Source: Vicugna vicugna (Eukaryota). Taken from it: a stretch of 64,000 nucleotides of DNA. Each line of letters begins with the position of its first letter. Position 1 is the stretch's first letter. The position numbers and the translations under genes are program-made. Positions 57,688 through 64,000 of the stretch are shown here, in pieces. The notes beneath the pieces were generated by a model. It saw nothing but the letters and a program-made list of their open reading frames with translations. It was not told the origin of the DNA and searched no databases. The stretch covers positions 496,001 through 560,000 of the forward strand of contig MU059293.1 of NCBI GenBank assembly GCA_013265495.1, in the 5' to 3' direction.

Positions 57688-60600
57688 AAGCTATGGGAAA
57701 CTTAAAGCATTTTCTCCCCACACAAAAACTAGTAGAGTCATTTGAGTGGTTTGTGCTGATGCATGCCAGTCTTTATCCTAGTGATTAACTAACTCTATTT
57801 CTGCTTTCTGCTGTGGAGGATTAATACATCCCTAATTCTTGCATTCCAAAGGTTCTGATCACCCCACCTTTTCTTGTCTTCTTCTCGCTTCTTACCTTCC
57901 TCAGTAATGAGTTTATTGTAACTTGGATCAGCCTAGGTGTGTTGTGCAAGTAAAGATTCTGGACCGCGTTCACCTCTTTCACCTCCAGCCAACAGACATT
58001 GGAAAGGAAATCTTGTGCTATACTGAAATGGAATAGCCTTATTCTTCACTCAAGCTGAATGCCTTCCTCAGTGGGCAGATTCTGTTGAGGTAGTTAGTGT
58101 GTGGTTTTATGCCTCGGATCCTTTATTTGTAAATCTGAAAGAAGACTAATAGCTTTTAAGTATTTTAAGAATCTCAAAGCTCAGAAGATTATAAATAACA
58201 AAAGATATTTTTTTCTCATCTGAAACGGCAGCACAGATACTGTGGTTACTTACTTAATAGATAGCGTGTGGTCCCTGGGCCATTTGCAGCTGATAGGTTT
58301 TTTCCAGTGCTCTATTTATAGAGCTAGGTCAGAAATATCACTTCCGTTGGAACTTGACCTACAGACTATTGTCAATTTCACAGACCCGAGGAAGTGGAGT
58401 ACACGCTCAGTACAGCTGGTTCGCAGGTTCAGTTAGTGAACCACAAGCCCCCAAGGAAATTAATTTGTTGGAGAATAGATGTCTGAGCCTGCCTCAATCT
58501 CTTTTATATGGTACCTTTGCCCTGTGGCCTTGTGGAGCTTGGAGGTCATCTTGAATCTTTATTCTACAAATGGCCTATCCTAGGCTTTTACCCATCTTCA
58601 TCCTCTTCAGTGTTGGTTGCTGAAATTCTGGCTTTCTGCCTCAAATAGAAAAAGAGCTGATTCTCCACTAGCAGAAGTAACTCAGGCTGCTCTGGGAAAC
58701 TTGGGGAAAAGCAGATCTAAGTATTTCCCTACTTCGTCTTTCTATTGGGGCTGAACAAGATTCTCAGTCACTTCCTCAGTTCAAATGAATGACCCAATAA
58801 AAAACATACGCTGAAGCTCAGCAACTTCCCTGGGCCTGGTCTGAAACAGGAGAACCCGAATTTAATGAATGATAATCCCCTTCTAATCCCTGCTCTCTCA
58901 CTTAGACTCGCATCTTTAAGCTCTGTTATTATGAAGTTGGGTTGCCTGGGGCTTGGCCACTGGCCAGTATGTGTTTACCCATCATAAGGTTTTAGTAGGT
59001 AGGATAGGCTAAGAAAAAATCCCTAGACTGGAGAGCAATCTGCACTTAGGAAAAGGACCACAAGTCTGCACTCTCTTCAGACTTAAGTGGGTGCTGGGTA
59101 GGGTGCAGACATTCAAAGACAGCACATGGAGTAGAGCATTCTCAAACTTCCTGGAAAAAGTGAGGTCCGGAATGAGGAACTAATTTCTTGCCATTAAAAT
59201 GCCATAGATTCAAAGTTCTCAGTATAGGTGGGGACTCTTGGGATCATTTTGAATAGCCCCTTCCTGCCATGGATGAGAAAATTGAGGCTCAGAGAAGTGA
59301 AGTAGCTGGTCATTACCAAGGCCTGCTCTGATGTACTTTGTTACTTCACTCTCTTCTCCCACCTGCTCTCATTAAAAGCCCACAGCTAACAGAGAAACCG
59401 AACTCCAGGGTCCTGTCCCCCAGCCAGCAGCAGATCGTATGCATTATATAGAACATGCTTCAGGATATGAGGATAAGACATAGGAAAGAGAATATCAGCT
59501 CCAATGGTAACATACCTTCTCCTTCCCCAAACTCATTTCAGTACTGAAAGCATTTGTGAGTATTTTAATTCTTTTCTTTTTTGTAATTTCCTCTTTCTAG
59601 CCTTAATAAGTTACCTTTCATCTAAAGGGGCAGGAGGGATGAAATGTTCAGAATATCCAGCCCTCTTAGTCCATGAACTTTTCCTCTCCCTCTCTTCCTA
59701 TTCTGGGAATTGCTGTTTTGTTTATACTTTTTTTTTTTTTAACATGGAAAAGTCTATTCTTTTAAAGTTGACCCTTTTGCTACAGGGCACACTTTCATGT
59801 TAGGTACTGGAGACTCAGTTTGACCTCTCAGAAATGCTTAGCACGGGAGTCATGAATTAAAATGTTTTCAGAGAAGGAGTTTCCTCATTGAAAGCTCCCC
59901 AATGGGCCCTTTCTGAATACTGACACCAGTTGGTACCAGAGGCCCATCATTCCCTTTCTGGAAATCAAGGCTACATAGCAACCTGATCATCCTCCTCCAG
60001 CCTGATTGCACGAGGACTACACCCTGTGTACAGAGTAGAGAGAGGGCCCCTTGCCTTGTGAGACATTTGTCTTCATAATCAACTCCCACTCCAGAGGAGT
60101 GCAGAATTGGATCCAAAAGATAATAGTCATGAAAGATAATCCAGAATCCAAATCCTGTTGTTTTAACCACTTCATTACTGAGCTGTACTAGTGTGCCTCA
60201 TTATTAGAAGAATAAAAAATATAGAAAGTGATGAAAAAACTGCATTTCTCCCTAGAATTTCATCTTCAGGGTTTTATCATCAGTGTTCTTGTCATTTATA
60301 CATATCAAGTATCTCCTTCTAAGGGTCACCAAGAGCCTTTGGTTCCCTAGAGGCAAGCATGATTATTCACATTTTACAGATGGGTGAGCAATCACAGAAA
60401 GAGAGCATGCTTTGACTCACCTAGCAGTGTCTCTGAGAGAGTAGAGAATGAATGTTCCCCCAGTCCTTTTTTACAGAGACCTGACTTCAGTGTAAATAAA
60501 TTAGATTTTCTCTATGTAGCTTACCCAGATACTTCTGCAAGCTCAGTCCTGGGATTGTGAAAAATCCCCAATAATGAAAATGTTTTCAAAACCTAGTTCA

Positions 60601-61444
60601 CTTATTTGATTTTCTTAAAATTTGTATTGGAATCAACCAAATTCTAGTACAATGAAGTCATACTGGTTTGGCAGACCTAAATACCACAGTCATCAGAAAG
60701 GAGAGAGAGAGAGAGAAAATGTCCCAATTTTTAAACTTCTGCTTAAATTGAGCATAAAGAAGATTTACTTATCTGTTTCCTTACCAATTAGGTCATTGGG
60801 CAGGAAATCACCTTTTCTGAAAAGCCAGTAAGCAAATTCCTTCTACCTTAAATTTCCCATAACAGCATTAATGATCATTTATGTCAGCCCTTGCATAGGA
60901 GTGCCTGAAAGTCAAACAACATTAGAGACCACTGAGTTTTCTAGTTGAAAATAAAGTTACAAATTTATAGTACCTGACAGCTTCCCCTCTCCCTTTCTCA
61001 AGCCATCCCACCACCTATAAACACCCTTCAATTATTTCTCCCTATTTGAAGCCCTATTAAGTGAAATAACTTTTCAATCCTGACCAGATTTTTAAGCCTC
61101 CCACCAGAGAGGGTCAGTTTCAGGCCACCTGATTTGCATGAATCCAGCTGCTGGGCCAGTTGAGCAGGGTTAAATAACTTGCCAAGCCAGGGCATGCATA
61201 ATCCTCTTTCTGGAAACCCCTTACCCCGGGTTATCGCTGTACATCAGAACAAAGGAAACCGAGTGTAGAGCCTGAGTGACACACAGAGTTCAGATGATTT
61301 GATAACATGCTCACAGAATACTTCCATCAGTGTCTTTCTAGAGATGAGCCTCTGGGCTCTTCAAGCCCTTCCTGGCCACCCCCACCCCCCACCCTACCCC
61401 GGCTGCAGAATAGCAGGCTTTTTGACATAAGGAGCCTGGCGAAG

Positions 61445-61620
61445 GCTAATTGAAATAGTTGGTTAAGACTCAGTCAGCTTTGGTCTCAAATCCCGGCTCT
61501 GTCATTAACCATACACGTGACCTTGGGAGAATTACTTAATCTCTTATAGCCTTAGTCTGTCAATAGAGCTGGTGATATTACCTATCTCATAGGGTGGTTG
61601 TGAGGATCAAGAAAGATGCA
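61445..61620 (+). mobile_element. MIR
   Basis: GGTCTCAAATCCCGGCTCTGTCATTAACC...GTGACCTTGGG...CTCATAGGGTGGTTGTGAGGATCAA. Confidence 0.8.
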
Positions 61621-62294
61621 GCTGAGATATGGAGCTCAAACAAAGATGTCAGCCTTCCTGATATAAAGGACTTACCTGGTGCCAAGCATATAGAACTTTA
61701 GAACTTTAAAAACATTGTTTCTCTTTATCATTAACTTTCAGGGGCCTGCTGTTACTGCTTTTATGGTGGCTTAATGTTTGTAAGCACTCCTGAGACTTAT
61801 ATCTCCTCAAGCTTATTCACTCAAGGTTTCTGTTGGAAATTTTTCGTGGTCATTTTTGCTCATGGCCCTTGGTAAGGACCTGAGCTTACCTGTCCGGAAA
61901 GCAGCGAAGTGTGTTTTTTTTAATACCATTTTCATTCGTTTAGAGACATGGAGTTCTTTAAATAGTCACCACTGGTCAGCTGTGGCTCTGACTCCTGAAA
62001 ACATCATCCAGACCTGGGAAGCACCTACAGTTTTATTACCAAAAACACTTTTTTTGAGTGCTTATCTAGTTAGCAGCTCCTAATTATTCACGTGTAGCTG
62101 TTCCTTGGCAAACTTTAAATGTCAGGCTCACTTTACCCTGTCACCTAGCGGGCATCTAAGCAACAAGCTTCTAGAGTTTGCTTAAAAAATGTAAACCTAT
62201 TAATTTTGGCTTAAGTAAGAAAGAATTAAGAATGTAAATCTGCCACTAAAACAAATATATAACATGATTCAAAGTTTAGTAGAAATAACTTATT

Positions 62295-63270
62295 GACTAT
62301 TTAACGATTATTTATTAAGCATTCTCTCAGTCTCAGACCTTGTGGTTCAGGCATTCTAGCATAAATCAGCCATAGATTTGGCCCTCTTATAATATATATC
62401 AGGGGTGGTAAGAAAAGTGCACTAGTAACATACCACAGGATAGAAAATGCCAGTAACATGAGAGTAAAATCAAGGATTATGGGAGTTTAGAGGATGAAGA
62501 CATTATTTCTGTGATGATCAGGGAAGTGGCATGTAGGAAGTGGTACTGAAGACTACCTGTGGACATAGAGGCATCCAGGTGTGGAGGGGATGTGGGGACG
62601 AAGTGATTAAATTGGAGCAGACTCTTTATGAAGTGGAATGGAGGGAAGAGGTGTGGAGAGGCAGGTTGGACACAGGCTGCAAGAGCTTTGAATGCCAATC
62701 TGAGGAATTTAGAACTCTTTAAAGGCACTTGGGAGCCACTGAAAATTTTTGAGCATGCTGATCATAAGTGGCAGGGTAGCCTGCTTAGATGTGTTCTTGG
62801 AGAGATTAATCAGGCAGGAAGAAGAGAGGATGCTTTAGTAGGGAGAAATGGAGAGCAGCGTGGAAGCAGTTAGAAAGTTAGGAAGCGACAGCAGCCATCC
62901 CCTGGTGAAAGCTGCTGTGGGTCTGATCTCGGTTAGGGTAGGAGGAGTGGATTGTAAGGAATGGACGTCGGTGAGTCTCTATAGTTTAAATCAATAAGAC
63001 TTCGCAGTTTATTGGAGTTGAGAAGCATGGGAGATGGAGAAACTTCATAATGGAACTGAGTTTTCAAACCAGATTAACTACAAGGCCAAAGAAGGGGACA
63101 AAGAAAGAGAAGGAAGTTGATATGGGAAGCTATGAGCTTGATTTAAAGATACTGAATTTATGGTACCAGAATTCATTATGTCAGGCATAATGTGGTTGAA
63201 AATGGAGGACACATGCTGGGGCAAATGAGAGGTTGAGACAAAGGCTTAGAAATCATCCATGTAGGGGTGT
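62295..63270 (-). mobile_element. LINE-2 (L2c-like) fragment
   Basis: TTATTTATTAAGCATT start; GAGCTTTGAATGCCAATCTGAGGAATTTAGA...GGGAGCCACTGAAAATTTTTGAGCA. Confidence 0.75.
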
Positions 63271-63609
63271 CATCCTTGTCGATGGTGTGGACACGCCATA
63301 TGGAGCAGACATTGCAAACTTGGTGGCAATGAGTCATATGTGGCTCATAAGCATGTTTATTTATGCATTTCTTAAAATTTTTTTAAATTCAGCCAACCTT
63401 TTACCATCAGGAGATTGTATTTTAAAATATTGATTTTCAAAATTAAAAGATCAAAAGATGTGGCTAACCATGAACTCATTGCCATATGGACATATGCCAT
63501 ATGTTCAGAGCCGCTGGACCTGGACAGGAGTTATCCCCTGGAGACCATGGATGAATTCTCTAACTGACCCGCCTCCACTACTCCCCATCACCTCCTAACA
63601 CTTCATATT

Positions 63610-63838
63610 AAACAAAAAGTAGACTAATGATTGCCTAGGGCTGCAGAGCCGGAAAGAGGGACTGGAGGCTTATGGCTCAGGGGGATGGGGTTTCTTCTTG
63701 GGATGACGAAATGTTTTAAAGTTGATTGTCATGATGGTTGAGCAACACTGAATATAGTAAAAAACCATCGAACTGTACACTTTAAATGGGGGGACTGTAT
63801 GATGTGTGAATTATCTCAACAAAGCTGTTTTGTAAAAA
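63610..63838 (+). mobile_element. L1MB-like 3' end
   Basis: AAGTAGACTAATGATTGCCTAGGGCTG...GGGGTTTCTTCTTGGGATGACGAAATGTT...GAACTGTACACTTTAAATGG...ATTATCTCAACAAAGCTG. Confidence 0.85.
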
Positions 63839-63937
63839 TGCAAGAAAAAGGAACATCAGTCACCATTGCCCCTGTGGTGTTGGTTTTCTTATAGCAGAAA
63901 AAAAATTTCTCTGTTAGTGTGTCTCTATCAAAAAGGA

Positions 63938-64000
63938 ACAAATGGCAGATAGACTGAGAGGGTTGTGTGTACAAATGGCAGATAGACTGAGAGGGTTGTG
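63938..64000 (+). repeat. 33-bp tandem repeat (at least 1.9 copies, runs off window)
   Basis: ACAAATGGCAGATAGACTGAGAGGGTTGTGTGT at 63938-63970 repeated exactly from 63971. Confidence 0.9.

Noticed and set aside
57897-57933. Minus-strand 37-nt cassette (ADPSYNKLITEE) with AAG|GTAAGA donor
   Set aside because: Weak acceptor, non-triplet length, peptide unrecognised
1-64000. Identity of a host gene; CRISPR arrays, prokaryotic systems, tRNA/rRNA/snRNA genes
   Set aside because: No candidate exon peptide matched a protein I recognise, so no gene symbol is assigned; no arrays or structural RNA genes were seen, and the tRNA-like segments are SINE heads

Overview
Mammalian genomic DNA, very probably camelid (camel/alpaca): it carries tRNA-Ala-headed SINEs of the camelid vic-1 type and cetartiodactyl/camelid L1 3' tails. 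It is dense in ancient repeats (MIR, L2, CR1/L3, L1M, MLT1 LTRs, hAT MERs), has five short N gaps, and reads as a large intron or intergenic/regulatory region. I could not recognise any protein-coding gene, tRNA/rRNA/snRNA gene or miRNA hairpin. The supplied ORFs look like chance ORFs, gap read-throughs or decayed LINE-2 reverse-transcriptase remnants. The most interesting signals lie in unique sequence: a cluster of three tiny AG..GT cassettes around a frame-preserving 24/21-nt candidate microexon (43.6 kb), a compact octamer+ETS+NF-Y module (34.9 kb), two similar NF-Y-containing promoter/first-exon candidates on + (6.2 kb, 38 kb), and a near-complementary let-7b site on the minus strand (58.1 kb). 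Repeat names and boundaries come from recalled consensus sequences and are approximate. Exon and regulatory calls are motif-based hypotheses. I found no convincing evidence of a novel multi-gene system.
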